Shown: positions 1 through 9,841, numbered from the stretch's first letter. The stretch is 30,520 bases of DNA from a virus (IMGVR_UViG_3300014208_000021:1-30520), one strand, 5' to 3'. Numbers and translations: made by a program. The notes: generated by a model not told the origin, from the sequence alone.

Positions 1-123
1 ATTTAAGGGAAAACAGATGACTACAACCACGGCGACATCATCCTACGTCGCGGCGAACGCATTTTTAGCAAAATATGCAAAACTTTATTTTGCAGATACG
101 GTTGCACTACTTAGCGCCGCTTC
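1..123. repeat. Terminal direct repeat, copy 1 (identical to 30398-30520)
   Basis: Compared base by base. 1-123 equals 30398-30520 with no mismatch, so the unique length is 30,397 bp. Confidence 0.97.
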
Positions 124-523
124 CGAGACTCCTATTTCTAGGGCAAAAGTTTCCATCGCAAAGAATCTCACAGACTATCAAGCTTGGGGGGATGATGACA
201 TCGCTTCAATCCATAATCAACAGTTTGGAGTTAGTGGAGATCTTGATGCCCTTTTCTCTGATGTTACATTGAGGGATTACATGGTCAATAGCACGAAAAA
301 AGCGATGCGAATTAAAATGGTCAACACGGACATAACGATCGGGGCCGCAACTCATCCGACTTTAATTATCGAACTCTCTCGGGTTAGTTTTGAGTCATGG
401 GACGATTCCGCCGAAAATAATGCTCTCGTAAAACAGACCATCGGGTTTGTGGGAGAATTTTCTACAACGGACTCAAATACAATATTGGCAATTTTAATCA
501 ATAATAGAGTAACCGCTTACTAA
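2..523 (+). CDS. Major tail (tube) protein, 3' part (continuation of 29757..30397)
   Basis: The frame is open from base 2 (FKGKQMTTT...), matching the end of the window. The ATG at 17 is an internal Met. The position immediately upstream of the chaperone and tape-measure genes is canonical. Confidence 0.8.
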   Translation, partial: FKGKQMTTTTATSSYVAANAFLAKYAKLYFADTVALLSAASETPISRAKVSIAKNLTDYQAWGDDDIASIHNQQFGVSGDLDALFSDVTLRDYMVNSTKKAMRIKMVNTDITIGAATHPTLIIELSRVSFESWDDSAENNALVKQTIGFVGEFSTTDSNTILAILINNRVTAY

Positions 524-541
524 CCTTTAAAAAATATTCTA

Positions 542-901
542 ATGAAGCTAGAACTCTCAAAGGGTTACGCGGAAATCCGCGATTTTTGCCCGGTTGGACC
601 ATATAGAAAATATCAAAGGACGCTCTTAGATGGCGTGGGCTTTGATAATGACGATGACAATAAGAAAAAGCGCCCATCACTAGGCGTGTCAATCGATGCT
701 CAAATGGTACTTGTAGTCGAAATGACTTTAAAAATCGTTTTAAATGAAAAAGAAACAGTTTTCGACGGGAAAAGTTTTGAGGAAAATCGAAAATTCATTG
801 ATGATAACTTGAGTGTAAAAGACTACATCATAATCAGAGAAAAATGCACTGAATTAAAAGATGCGGCCTACCTAGAGGCTGAACCTAAAAAAAAATCTTA
901 G
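542..901 (+). CDS. Tail assembly chaperone (gpG-like)
   Basis: 119-aa acidic protein between the major tail and tape measure genes. It ends in an A9 run followed by a -1 frame that is open up to the tape measure start. Confidence 0.75.
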   Translation: MKLELSKGYAEIRDFCPVGPYRKYQRTLLDGVGFDNDDDNKKKRPSLGVSIDAQMVLVVEMTLKIVLNEKETVFDGKSFEENRKFIDDNLSVKDYIIIREKCTELKDAAYLEAEPKKKS

Positions 902-1119
902 AGAAGATTGAGTCTGAGCTTTTATCTGTTTGCACTCAAAAACACTTCCCTATTGAGTACAATGACTTTATAATGATGTCGGAGATTTATCATTGCACGC
1001 CATTGGAATTTTATGCACAGCCGATCGAGATCATTGAGTTACATAGGGCGTTCAGAAATATTGAAAACAAGACGGCAAGAATCAATCAATATCGTTTAAA
1101 ACAAGGGAAAAATGCCTGA
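542..1119 (+). CDS. Tail assembly chaperone frameshift product (gpGT-like), formed by -1 slippage within 887-895
   Basis: The -1 frame opens at 883, just after TGA at 880-882. It stays open to TGA at 1117-1119, about 75 codons, all hand-translated. This region otherwise has no ORF. The G/GT architecture is conserved in long-tailed phages. Confidence 0.7.
887..895 (+). promoter_or_regulatory. Slippery A9 run (AAA AAA AAA in the zero frame) for a programmed -1 frameshift
   Basis: It lies inside the only 16-nt window (883-898) where both frames are open. Confidence 0.65.
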
Positions 1120-3445
1120 GAGTAGAGAATTAAAAATTTTATTATCGGCAAGGGATGAGCTTTCAAAGGCTCTTTTTACGATTGACAAAGAGATGAAAGA
1201 AATCGAGAAGGCTACGAAGTCGGCAGGCGGAGCCGCTGGGGATGCCGGGTCTTCTTTTGGTGATATGTTCAAGGGGATGCTTACCGCCTCAATGGTAAAA
1301 GATGCAATTTATGCAGTAAGAGATGCGGTAAAAGCTTTTATTTCGGAATCAATCGCGGCGGCGGCGGCAAACGAAAGAATGGATACGACTTTTGGAATTT
1401 TAATAGGAGACGGAGAGAAAACAAAGGAATTGCTTATGGAGCTTGATTCATTAAAGATGACGGCTCCTTTCCCCTCGGATAGCATCGAAAACTCTGCTAA
1501 TGCACTTCTAGCCATGGGCGTGGCTTCCGATGAAGTTGCTTCTACGATCTCAATGCTTGGAGATGTTGCCGCAGGAACAAACGCCGAGCTTGATTCTGTC
1601 ACTTCTGCTTTTGCGCGCATATCTGAGGCCGGTGAATTAACCGGAGCCGCATTAAAAACTTTGACATTAAATAATATCCCACTTCTCTCTTTATTGGCCG
1701 ATTATTTTGGGACTACGAGGGAGGCAGTTGAAAAGATGGCCGATTCCGGGAAAATCACATCGGATGTTGTAACTCAAGCTTTTAGGGCGATGACGAGCGA
1801 GGGAGGAAAATTCGAGGGTGCAATGGAAAAACAAGCCGCTAATCTCGACGGCTCTTTCATCACTTTTCATAATACTGTCGAACTTTTATCCGAAAAAGTA
1901 GGCGGTACTTTATCACCAGCAATGAAGGTTTTGTCAGAAGAATTTTCGACCACTGCGAGTAAGGTTAGTGATCTTCTTGTCACAACCGACGGAGAAATGA
2001 CACCGGCGGCGAAAGAACTTGCTGATGCCTTTACAAATGTCGCATCGATTTTTGGTTCACTTGCTACTCCTGCAATCATGTTTATGGCGAGTAAATTTTT
2101 AATTTTAGCATCGGCAATAAATGATGTAGTGGGTGCGGCAAAAAGTGCGGAGTATTGGATTGGAAGACTTAGCGGGATTAGTCAACTCAAGGATGCACTC
2201 TCTGGCCCGAATCAGTTGCGAGGGAGTTTCTCTGATCTTGGAGACACTATTCACGAAACATTTTCTACACTTAATGGCTCGACGACTGACGGGAAAACTG
2301 GAATGGATGGGCTTAGTGCTTCGACTGAAAACTGGGGAGGGTCAATGAGCAGTGCCTCATCTTCCGCGAGTGATGCCTCGAAAGAGATTGAAAAGATAAA
2401 AAAAGCAGTCGAAAACTTAACAGGAGCCTATGAAAGTTTCCAAAGTGATGCGACCGATGCAATCGAAAACGTAGCGGATAAAACTCGTGATGCAGTAAAG
2501 GAACTCGATGACGCAATAACCGGTATTTATACGAGCATGGAAGAAGCAACCCGAGATTATTTGACTTCTCAATCGGAAGGGAACGCAGATATTGCGACAT
2601 CCTACGTTGACCAAGAAGAAAAAGTAAAAGACTTACAAAATACACTTGGAGATTTAAGGACTGAATATAAAAAATTACTCGATGAGGCTCAAAAGCAACT
2701 TTTCTCGGAGGGAATCACAAACATAAGCCTTAGAACGGTGAATGTTGGAGAAGGAGAAACTGTAAGCGATTCCAAAATTCAAGAATTACAACAATGGGCA
2801 ACCATGACCGGCTCTTCCGAACTTCAAAATTATATCGATAAAATTAAAGACCTAAATGAGACAATAAGCGAGACTCAGCTCGACCTTACACCAGAGCAGG
2901 CCGCGCTTGAGGATTTTGCGATTCGAGCCATGGAATTAGACCAAGAAATTGCGGACGCGCGCGACTTCAATAACATGACTGATTTTGAACAATCGGTCTC
3001 CTTAATCGATGATAAAATGTCCGATGAGGAAATAGCGTATCAAGAAAAGATGACAATGTTGGCCGATGAACTTTTAGCAACAGAAACTCAGAAAGCTCAA
3101 ATGATATCTCTTGAGACAAACACTTATGCGGCGATTTTAGCTTTAAGAAATCAAGCGGCCATAATTTATCAAGGAATTATGAATAATATGGCAAACACAA
3201 CAGAGATAGAAGTCAATAGAATGATCGAATCATTAAAAAAACTTCAAGAGGCCGCAGGAATGACCGGAGGTGAAACATACACGGAGGCGGCAAGCGCAAT
3301 CACAGGCTCATCAACTACTACCTCAAATAATGTAACAATCAATGTTTCTGATCTCCCAGCAGGAGCAAGCGCCTCTGAGATCGCAGAGATTTTACAGGAA
3401 AAACTTTTACGTTCAGTTCAACTCGAAACTTTATCCTCACAATAA
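1112..3445 (+). CDS. Tail tape measure protein
   Basis: 777 aa, Ala/Gly/Ser-rich N-terminal half and coiled-coil C-terminal half. It contains a TP901-type core-like segment (MTAPFPSDSIENSANALLAMGV...GDVAAGT). It is positioned after G/GT. Confidence 0.88.
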   Translation: MPESRELKILLSARDELSKALFTIDKEMKEIEKATKSAGGAAGDAGSSFGDMFKGMLTASMVKDAIYAVRDAVKAFISESIAAAAANERMDTTFGILIGDGEKTKELLMELDSLKMTAPFPSDSIENSANALLAMGVASDEVASTISMLGDVAAGTNAELDSVTSAFARISEAGELTGAALKTLTLNNIPLLSLLADYFGTTREAVEKMADSGKITSDVVTQAFRAMTSEGGKFEGAMEKQAANLDGSFITFHNTVELLSEKVGGTLSPAMKVLSEEFSTTASKVSDLLVTTDGEMTPAAKELADAFTNVASIFGSLATPAIMFMASKFLILASAINDVVGAAKSAEYWIGRLSGISQLKDALSGPNQLRGSFSDLGDTIHETFSTLNGSTTDGKTGMDGLSASTENWGGSMSSASSSASDASKEIEKIKKAVENLTGAYESFQSDATDAIENVADKTRDAVKELDDAITGIYTSMEEATRDYLTSQSEGNADIATSYVDQEEKVKDLQNTLGDLRTEYKKLLDEAQKQLFSEGITNISLRTVNVGEGETVSDSKIQELQQWATMTGSSELQNYIDKIKDLNETISETQLDLTPEQAALEDFAIRAMELDQEIADARDFNNMTDFEQSVSLIDDKMSDEEIAYQEKMTMLADELLATETQKAQMISLETNTYAAILALRNQAAIIYQGIMNNMANTTEIEVNRMIESLKKLQEAAGMTGGETYTEAASAITGSSTTTSNNVTINVSDLPAGASASEIAEILQEKLLRSVQLETLSSQ

Positions 3446-4285
3446 ATGTACAACGAAATCCAATTTAATGAAGGTGTTTACAATGGAGGTGCTCCGATAA
3501 CGGAGTCGAGCAGTAGCGATGTTTTTCAATTTAATGGGTATGGACTCCAAAACTTAAACATAATCGTTTCCGACAGCGATCATTCAACGTCCCCAAAGCG
3601 ATCAGTTGATACGGGAGAGCTCCCGCGTAGGCATGGTGTTGTCATTTATGATGCACAATATAGGGAAAAAATTGTAACCCTTGAAGGTCACATCAAAGCA
3701 AACAGCTCAAGCGAACTTGAGGACTTAATAAAAGAAATAAAAAAGGAACTTTCAGAAATTGATGGGAATCTTGATATAACCATCGGAGGAGAAACCCAGC
3801 GCTACATCGCTACCCTTATAAATTCAGATGATCTTTTCTCTGAAAGGAAAGGATACCATATAACATTTTGCCCTTTTAAAGCGACTTTTTTATGTTCTGA
3901 ACCATACGGGCATGACGTTGATTACACAATTTATGCACTTTCCGGCCAAACTTCGACTTCTGTTTCTCAGACCATGACTAATGATGGGAGCGCAGACGCA
4001 GACCCGGTTTTTATTATCACAATCGTTAATATGAGCGGATTTTCTTCTTTGACCGTCTCAAATAATACGACGATTCAATCATTAACAATTTCGGAGCCAA
4101 TAACGGCCGGGGATATTATCACCATCGATGCCGAAAATCAGATCGTTACTTTGAATAGTGTTGAAATAGATTTCGACGGGTCAATCCCTTATATTGAGCC
4201 GGGGGACAGTCAAATTGTGATCGAAGTGGATAGCACTTCTCACTCGTATGATGTAACATATAAGCATAAAAACGCATACTTATAA
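3446..4285 (+). CDS. Distal tail protein (Dit-like)
   Basis: 279 aa. It starts on the base after the tape measure stop. The call rests on position and size only. Confidence 0.55.
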   Translation: MYNEIQFNEGVYNGGAPITESSSSDVFQFNGYGLQNLNIIVSDSDHSTSPKRSVDTGELPRRHGVVIYDAQYREKIVTLEGHIKANSSSELEDLIKEIKKELSEIDGNLDITIGGETQRYIATLINSDDLFSERKGYHITFCPFKATFLCSEPYGHDVDYTIYALSGQTSTSVSQTMTNDGSADADPVFIITIVNMSGFSSLTVSNNTTIQSLTISEPITAGDIITIDAENQIVTLNSVEIDFDGSIPYIEPGDSQIVIEVDSTSHSYDVTYKHKNAYL

Positions 4286-4296
4286 CCCTCTGAAAA

Positions 4297-6036
4297 ATGG
4301 TCAACCTAAAATGCTTTGCGGTAAAAGACAATGCCAGCGCTCAACTTGGAGCCTCATTAAGCTCCTCGGCTCTTTCACTTTCCTTGCAAAGTGGTGATGG
4401 GTCAAAATTCCCGACTACAATTTCGGGAAGTGCTACATCATCTGGGACATCGAGCATCTTAAATTCAACAGGAATAGGTGCGAGCGGTGTTGTGGCCGGT
4501 GATGCAATTCATAACATAACCGATAATTCTTGGGCTGTAATTAAAACCGTATCAACCGATAGCATTATAACTACGCCTCTTCAGGGTGGAACTGGGAATA
4601 CTTGGGACAGCGCGGACACTTGGGCCATAAATTCTTTTGTGATAACTATGGTCCAATATAATACCGTAAATAGTCCTTCAACCGGGGTAAATAAAAGAGA
4701 GAAAATTTTAATCGACACGCGTTCTGGTGATACTTTAACCGTAAACTCAAATGGGAGAGGATACGATGGAGATACAGCGCAATCATTCAATGCACAGGAC
4801 AACTGTTATCTTTTTGTAAAACAAGTTGATTTTAATGGCCTAGTGGAAGGAATCAAGGACCTCCTAGACAGAACAGATGACCTTGAAACGGAAGTGTTGC
4901 GGAAAGACGGGAGCACTCCACTCGAAAACAACACTAATTTTACGGCACGAAATAATGCTGACTCTGCGAATGTAGATCTTTTCAAATTGACGACAGGGGA
5001 CATCGCTGAGTTTCAGACGTTGTTTAGAAATATCGCATCGCGCGTGATCGCAAATGATTACGATATTATCGACAAAAAATACTTTGATGACCATCTTCAA
5101 GAAGAGGCTCAGACAAGTTTTATTACATACACTCTTGGTGAAAATATTACGATCACAAGTGTTCCTGTTGCCATGCAGATTTCGGATGGTAGATATGGAA
5201 CAGCGGGACGCGTTTATTACTCTGACCCATCTAATTTTCAAAATGATCGAGCGAAATTCGATGGGTTTTTAAAAGCGTCAGGAACCGCGGGCAACCCTGT
5301 TGATATTTATAATGGTGTTGTTGATGGGTTTACTGGATTAAGTCAGGGAAAATATTATTGGCAACAGGATTCTTCTATTGGTGGGATTGCTTTAACACCG
5401 GGGAGAATACCTATTTGTGTTGGAAAGGCTATTTCTACAACGGAAATTGATACTAGGCTCCAACCGAACAAAGATTATTTTGATAATCTTTTACCGTATG
5501 CAACGTATTGTCAGGTAGACCTTGATGTCGAAAACTTTGATGTTTCTCGTGGTGGCACATTCACTTCAATCCGTGCATTCTGTAGTGCAGGAGATAGTTT
5601 CCTCCATCATATTGGAGCGGCTGGATTTATTGATATGTCTTATAGATTTAAAGTTTCCACGGTAGCGGCGGATTCTGATTGTTATTTCGGGACAGTAGAA
5701 AGTGGAACACCCGCCGAACCTAGCGGGCACACATACACGGAACCGCATTGCATGTTTTTGATTGATGGTGGAGTCTTGTACGCCTCTCAAGCTAATGGGA
5801 CGACACAGACGTGCTCTGCGGCTATTACTGGTATCACTTTAACGAACTTCAATAAATATCGGATTTATTCTGACCCAGTAAACGCGGTGAGTTTCTTTTT
5901 TGTAAATGATAATTTGGTGGCTACGTTAACAACGAATTGGGCATCGAATGGATTCGTCTATTTTTACATGGGGTCCCACTCCAATACCACATTATATGTT
6001 CATAACGACATCAAATTTTATGGGCCTTCTTTATAA
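4297..6036 (+). CDS. Tail fibre / receptor-binding protein
   Basis: The N-terminal pattern (...LSLQSGDGSKFP...REKILIDTRSGDTLTV..NGRGYDGDTAQSF) resembles the conserved fibre N-terminus '..FP....EI..v....gdt.tv.RG..GT.A'. The C-terminus is beta-rich and jelly-roll-like. Confidence 0.5.
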   Translation: MVNLKCFAVKDNASAQLGASLSSSALSLSLQSGDGSKFPTTISGSATSSGTSSILNSTGIGASGVVAGDAIHNITDNSWAVIKTVSTDSIITTPLQGGTGNTWDSADTWAINSFVITMVQYNTVNSPSTGVNKREKILIDTRSGDTLTVNSNGRGYDGDTAQSFNAQDNCYLFVKQVDFNGLVEGIKDLLDRTDDLETEVLRKDGSTPLENNTNFTARNNADSANVDLFKLTTGDIAEFQTLFRNIASRVIANDYDIIDKKYFDDHLQEEAQTSFITYTLGENITITSVPVAMQISDGRYGTAGRVYYSDPSNFQNDRAKFDGFLKASGTAGNPVDIYNGVVDGFTGLSQGKYYWQQDSSIGGIALTPGRIPICVGKAISTTEIDTRLQPNKDYFDNLLPYATYCQVDLDVENFDVSRGGTFTSIRAFCSAGDSFLHHIGAAGFIDMSYRFKVSTVAADSDCYFGTVESGTPAEPSGHTYTEPHCMFLIDGGVLYASQANGTTQTCSAAITGITLTNFNKYRIYSDPVNAVSFFFVNDNLVATLTTNWASNGFVYFYMGSHSNTTLYVHNDIKFYGPSL

Positions 6037-6057
6037 TAATTTTTTAACTTTTCAACG

Positions 6058-6315
6058 ATGTACATTGCTACAAATCTTACCGGCCAGCAGATATGTTTAA
6101 GGGATGAAGTTGTGAACGCGTGCGGAGAAAAGAAAAAAGCAGTCATCTTACCGGCGCACGGGGGCATGAATATTCCGGATATTTTTATCGTGGAGGTAAA
6201 AGGTATTCCTAACGTATCTTTCGTTGAAGGAGAAGATGAAACTCTCGAAACAATGGAAGAAATCTCGGAAGAATTTTTAAATGCTCAACCAGTTGATACC
6301 ACTATCGACTCTTAA
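6058..6315 (+). CDS. Hypothetical protein with an acidic C-terminus
   Basis: 85-aa ORF filling the gap between two tail genes. Confidence 0.5.
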   Translation: MYIATNLTGQQICLRDEVVNACGEKKKAVILPAHGGMNIPDIFIVEVKGIPNVSFVEGEDETLETMEEISEEFLNAQPVDTTIDS

Positions 6316-6317
6316 CA

Positions 6318-8447
6318 ATGCGAAAAAAACGCTACCAGTATAAAGTCTATAATTTTGAGGGTGACTTTTTAGGGCACCTTAATCCATTAAAAGTCGTAAG
6401 TGAGCCTAGTTTTACATCGTCCATGAATGGTGGCTTTGGCTCGATGACGGTTGAGTACGTTGTGGACCCTAATTCCTTTGATGAAGGGAACCTTATCAAT
6501 GACATGAATGTCGTTATGATTTACGCGATAGACGAAACCTACCCTCTCGGGCGCTTAATTTACGGGGGATTTATTTCGAGTTATTCACCTTATGTTCAGA
6601 AAACACAGATGGGGGTATCAATCAACCTTCTCGGGATGGTGTCCCTTTTGGGGTTTGAATACTACAAAGACAATTCTTTATTGATCCATCCGTGCACGCG
6701 ATACGATGACCCGACCTATGGGACGTGGACTGGTGTGACATGGGATGAAACAAACGTAAGGACGGATACGACAGATTATAAGCGGGGTGGAGGGTCTGTT
6801 GCTTTTGATGTCGACGTGGATGCTGACGTAGTAAATTCCGCAGGGATTGCAATCAATATTTCCGCAATGGATATTTCGGCCTATTCAGACGGAAGTTTTA
6901 TTTTTCCTGTTTCAATTCCTTCCGTAACAAATTTTTCTAGTTTGAATGTTAGTGTATCGAGCGGTGGTCCAGGAAACTATATTACGATTCCTGCGACATC
7001 AGATATAAGTGGAAACCCTTTTGTGAATGGCTGTAATTTAACAAGGTTTAATATCGCCGATGGGGTGAGTGGTGGAGGGTCTCTTGATCTTGCTAATGTG
7101 ATTTATTTTTCGTATGTAGTGAATTACACGGCGGCCTATTTAGATCAAACGGGTTTTAAAATAAACGATTTCCGGCTTTACAAAACAGTAGCAAAGGACG
7201 ACCCAAAAACAGTCTCTTGGAGCGACGCTGAACCGTCGTACATCTTCAAATCGATCTTAGATGTGGCAAATGCAACCTTCCCGGGCGAATGGTTCAAATA
7301 TAACGAGGGGCTTATTGAGGATGTAGGAGAAAAGATGACATATACATTCGAGGACAAAAAGTTTATTGATGCGTTAAAAGCGGTCTACGATTACACGAAG
7401 CGTTTTTGGTGGTGGCATGTAGGCGCGGACGGACAGGCGAGCTTGCGCGCGCGCCCTCAGGTGGTGACGCATAGGTTTGTGATTGGAAGAGATATTGAAA
7501 AATTTGAGGTTAATAAAACAAACGAACAGGTGATAAATCGCCTTGAATATCGTTATGCGTCTCCGGGCTCTGCTTATTATGATGATGCGACATCACAAGA
7601 AAAATATGGGGTACGCGCGGAGGTTTACAATAACACCGCAACAACTGACTCGGACACGATCGATCAGTATGGAGAAAAAAGGATGCACGACAATAAAGAA
7701 AAAACGATCAACGGGAAACTGGTAATCAACTCAAACTATGACCTTGAAAGCATAAAGGTCGGTGATCTTTGTAAAATCATAGGACTACCGAAGACGGCAA
7801 ACCTTTTCAAAGATCAAGGGCTCATGGTCCATGACTGCGATGCGTATGATTCTAGTCTCTATGGCCAGTGGACGGCCGGAGGTGATACTACCGCGGTGCG
7901 CACAAACACGACGAATTTTACCGAAGGGAACGGGAGTGTTGAATTTGACATCGTGAAATCGGGCTCAAGCGCCGGGCTAGATGTTAATTCATTAACACCG
8001 CTCGATCTTTCATCTTACATCTCAAGCGGAGTTTTTAAATTTGACCTTCTTATTCCGAATATAACAGGAGTAACGAGTATCCTTGTTTATATCGGAAGTG
8101 GTGGCGGAAACTATTGGTATTGGTATGCAACAACAGACGAAGATGGGGCCGCTTTTGTCTCAAATGATTTCTTTACATTGGCACTTCCGGTCACGACAAA
8201 TCCACCGGTCGGGACAGTTGATGCCACTAATATCTGTTATCTTGGATTCCGATTACAATATGGTGCAGGTTTTGTTTCTCAGAATGGGTGTATTATTGAT
8301 AATTTTAGAATTGTCGCAGACGATATTTCTCAGATCGCGAAATTGCAGTATAAACCAAATCAATGTACAATATACCTCGAGCGGGATATCTCGCTCGGGC
8401 TCGAATTAGCGAAGCTCGTCAATAAAATAAACGAGTCAAATGCGTGA
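6318..8447 (+). CDS. Tal-like tail tip / baseplate protein carrying two CBM-like insert domains
   Basis: The N-terminus (YKVYNFEGDFLGHL...MNGGFGSMTVEY) resembles the prophage-tail N-terminal region. There are two paralogous modules of about 170 aa, at roughly aa 125-290 and 505-665. Confidence 0.55.
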   Translation: MRKKRYQYKVYNFEGDFLGHLNPLKVVSEPSFTSSMNGGFGSMTVEYVVDPNSFDEGNLINDMNVVMIYAIDETYPLGRLIYGGFISSYSPYVQKTQMGVSINLLGMVSLLGFEYYKDNSLLIHPCTRYDDPTYGTWTGVTWDETNVRTDTTDYKRGGGSVAFDVDVDADVVNSAGIAINISAMDISAYSDGSFIFPVSIPSVTNFSSLNVSVSSGGPGNYITIPATSDISGNPFVNGCNLTRFNIADGVSGGGSLDLANVIYFSYVVNYTAAYLDQTGFKINDFRLYKTVAKDDPKTVSWSDAEPSYIFKSILDVANATFPGEWFKYNEGLIEDVGEKMTYTFEDKKFIDALKAVYDYTKRFWWWHVGADGQASLRARPQVVTHRFVIGRDIEKFEVNKTNEQVINRLEYRYASPGSAYYDDATSQEKYGVRAEVYNNTATTDSDTIDQYGEKRMHDNKEKTINGKLVINSNYDLESIKVGDLCKIIGLPKTANLFKDQGLMVHDCDAYDSSLYGQWTAGGDTTAVRTNTTNFTEGNGSVEFDIVKSGSSAGLDVNSLTPLDLSSYISSGVFKFDLLIPNITGVTSILVYIGSGGGNYWYWYATTDEDGAAFVSNDFFTLALPVTTNPPVGTVDATNICYLGFRLQYGAGFVSQNGCIIDNFRIVADDISQIAKLQYKPNQCTIYLERDISLGLELAKLVNKINESNA

Positions 8448-8652
8448 TAATAAAGACGAAATCGCCGCAATTAAAAGAAGATTATCACGCGCCGAGAAAA
8501 TACTTACTCAATTCACAAAATTTAATGAAAATATGGCTGAAATTGCAAAAGACATAAAGGAACTAAGAAAATCAAAATATATCTCGTCAATGATTACGGG
8601 AGCTTTTATTGTTTTAGTTTTAATCCTTATTTATGGTCTAACTCTCCATTAA
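8440..8652 (+). CDS. Small membrane protein: coiled-coil N-terminus, C-terminal TM (XhlA-like topology)
   Basis: 70 aa. The C-terminal stretch ITGAFIVLVLILIYGLTL is hydrophobic. It is located at the start of the lysis cassette. Confidence 0.4.
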   Translation: MRDNKDEIAAIKRRLSRAEKILTQFTKFNENMAEIAKDIKELRKSKYISSMITGAFIVLVLILIYGLTLH

Positions 8653-8653
8653 A

Positions 8654-8896
8654 ATGGATTTCATTGAATTTTTAGAACAACACTGGGCTCTTATTGTGGC
8701 GATTGCCAGTGCAATAGCTCTTTTCGTTAGGATTGAATATAAGCAAGTGATATTTGACAAAAATATTTGTGAGATTGAAAATAAATTGGGAGAAGAAATA
8801 AATCAAAGAATTGTTATAATGAATTTAGTTACAGGTTTACAAAGAGACATGGAGTGGGTAAAACAAACATTAGAAAGAATTGAAAGAAAAATATAA
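8654..8896 (+). CDS. Small membrane protein: N-terminal TM, coiled-coil C-terminus
   Basis: 80 aa. WALIVAIASAIALFV is a TM segment. Confidence 0.45.
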   Translation: MDFIEFLEQHWALIVAIASAIALFVRIEYKQVIFDKNICEIENKLGEEINQRIVIMNLVTGLQRDMEWVKQTLERIERKI

Positions 8897-8926
8897 ACTT
8901 GACTTTTTTATTTACTTAACCATAAT
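8894..8926 (+). promoter_or_regulatory. Promoter candidate: TAAACTTGACT motif, 16-nt spacer, CATAAT
   Basis: TTGACT at 8899-8904 and CATAAT at 8921-8926. The ATG of the next gene is at 8933, about 7 nt after the -10. Confidence 0.5.
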
Positions 8927-8932
8927 AAAATC

Positions 8933-9841
8933 ATGGATTCAAATTATTGGGGTGTTATTAGTGTCGATAGCATCGAAACAGATTACCAACTCTCTTGCGG
9001 AGGAGATGGCTCACAACTTTTGCCAGTACCACGGCATACTTTCGACCAACTCAAAATACAATATAATCAACCAGATATTGCTCCAATGTCTTGCACTCTT
9101 CACGGTGCGCTTGGTTGCTTATCCGACCTTTCAGGATTTACTTTTACCCAAGACCAACGTAAGGGATTATGGTCAGAAGCTTTAAAACTTGGTGCTAGCG
9201 ATTCAAAAGGGTGGTATATACGAAAAGCAGTAGATCTTGTGCGTCAGGAGGGGGCAAAAATTTTAGGAGAGGGATTAAAGACGTTCCTCGTTTCCTTTGG
9301 GAGTGAAAGCTTTTACCATGCTCTCGACATGGGTTACAGTGTAAATTGTGGATTTAGGGGAAATAAGAGTTATAATTCAGATCGGATTGATGGGATTTTA
9401 GACGGAATATATTTTGGAGATACAACTTATGGACATGCGGTCCGTTGTGTTCGCGATGTTGAGGATGGCGTTTATAATTTGATAGTCGATAATTATTCAA
9501 AATCCACAAATAAACCCAATATTTACAAGATAAAAAAAGAGAATATTGATAATTTATTAAAAAATAAAGTCTTCTTTAGTGAAGGTTATATTTTTGTTTT
9601 TTCATCAGACTGGGATGAGATGTTAAATATTTCAAAAATACCTGTATGGGCCGCCGCCGCCGCCGATGCCGCGAAAAAGAAGGGAATTAAAATTGAATGG
9701 TCAAATCCTGAGGAAATAGTCGGAGATTCAAAAATGGAAGAATGGTTTATTAGTCTCGGAGCTCTTACTCAAAAACTTGGTAATATTTCTCTTGCTAGAT
9801 TCATGGTTGCGCTTTATCGTTTAGGGATTTTTAATCTTTAA
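8933..9841 (+). CDS. Putative endolysin, cysteine-peptidase type (Cys...His), with a C-terminal wall-binding-like tail
   Basis: Q-x7-SCTLHGALG and TTYGHAVRC suggest a papain-like Cys/His pair. The poly-Ala linker is followed by a W..A...A...GI....P.E...... segment that is SLH-like. It is adjacent to the holin. The assignment is weak. Confidence 0.45.
   Translation: MDSNYWGVISVDSIETDYQLSCGGDGSQLLPVPRHTFDQLKIQYNQPDIAPMSCTLHGALGCLSDLSGFTFTQDQRKGLWSEALKLGASDSKGWYIRKAVDLVRQEGAKILGEGLKTFLVSFGSESFYHALDMGYSVNCGFRGNKSYNSDRIDGILDGIYFGDTTYGHAVRCVRDVEDGVYNLIVDNYSKSTNKPNIYKIKKENIDNLLKNKVFFSEGYIFVFSSDWDEMLNISKIPVWAAAAADAAKKKGIKIEWSNPEEIVGDSKMEEWFISLGALTQKLGNISLARFMVALYRLGIFNL

Noticed and set aside
9650-9664. 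(GCC)5 trinucleotide repeat
   Set aside because: It encodes the poly-Ala linker (WAAAAADAA) of the lysin. It is too short to call a contingency locus, so it is noted only as a linker.
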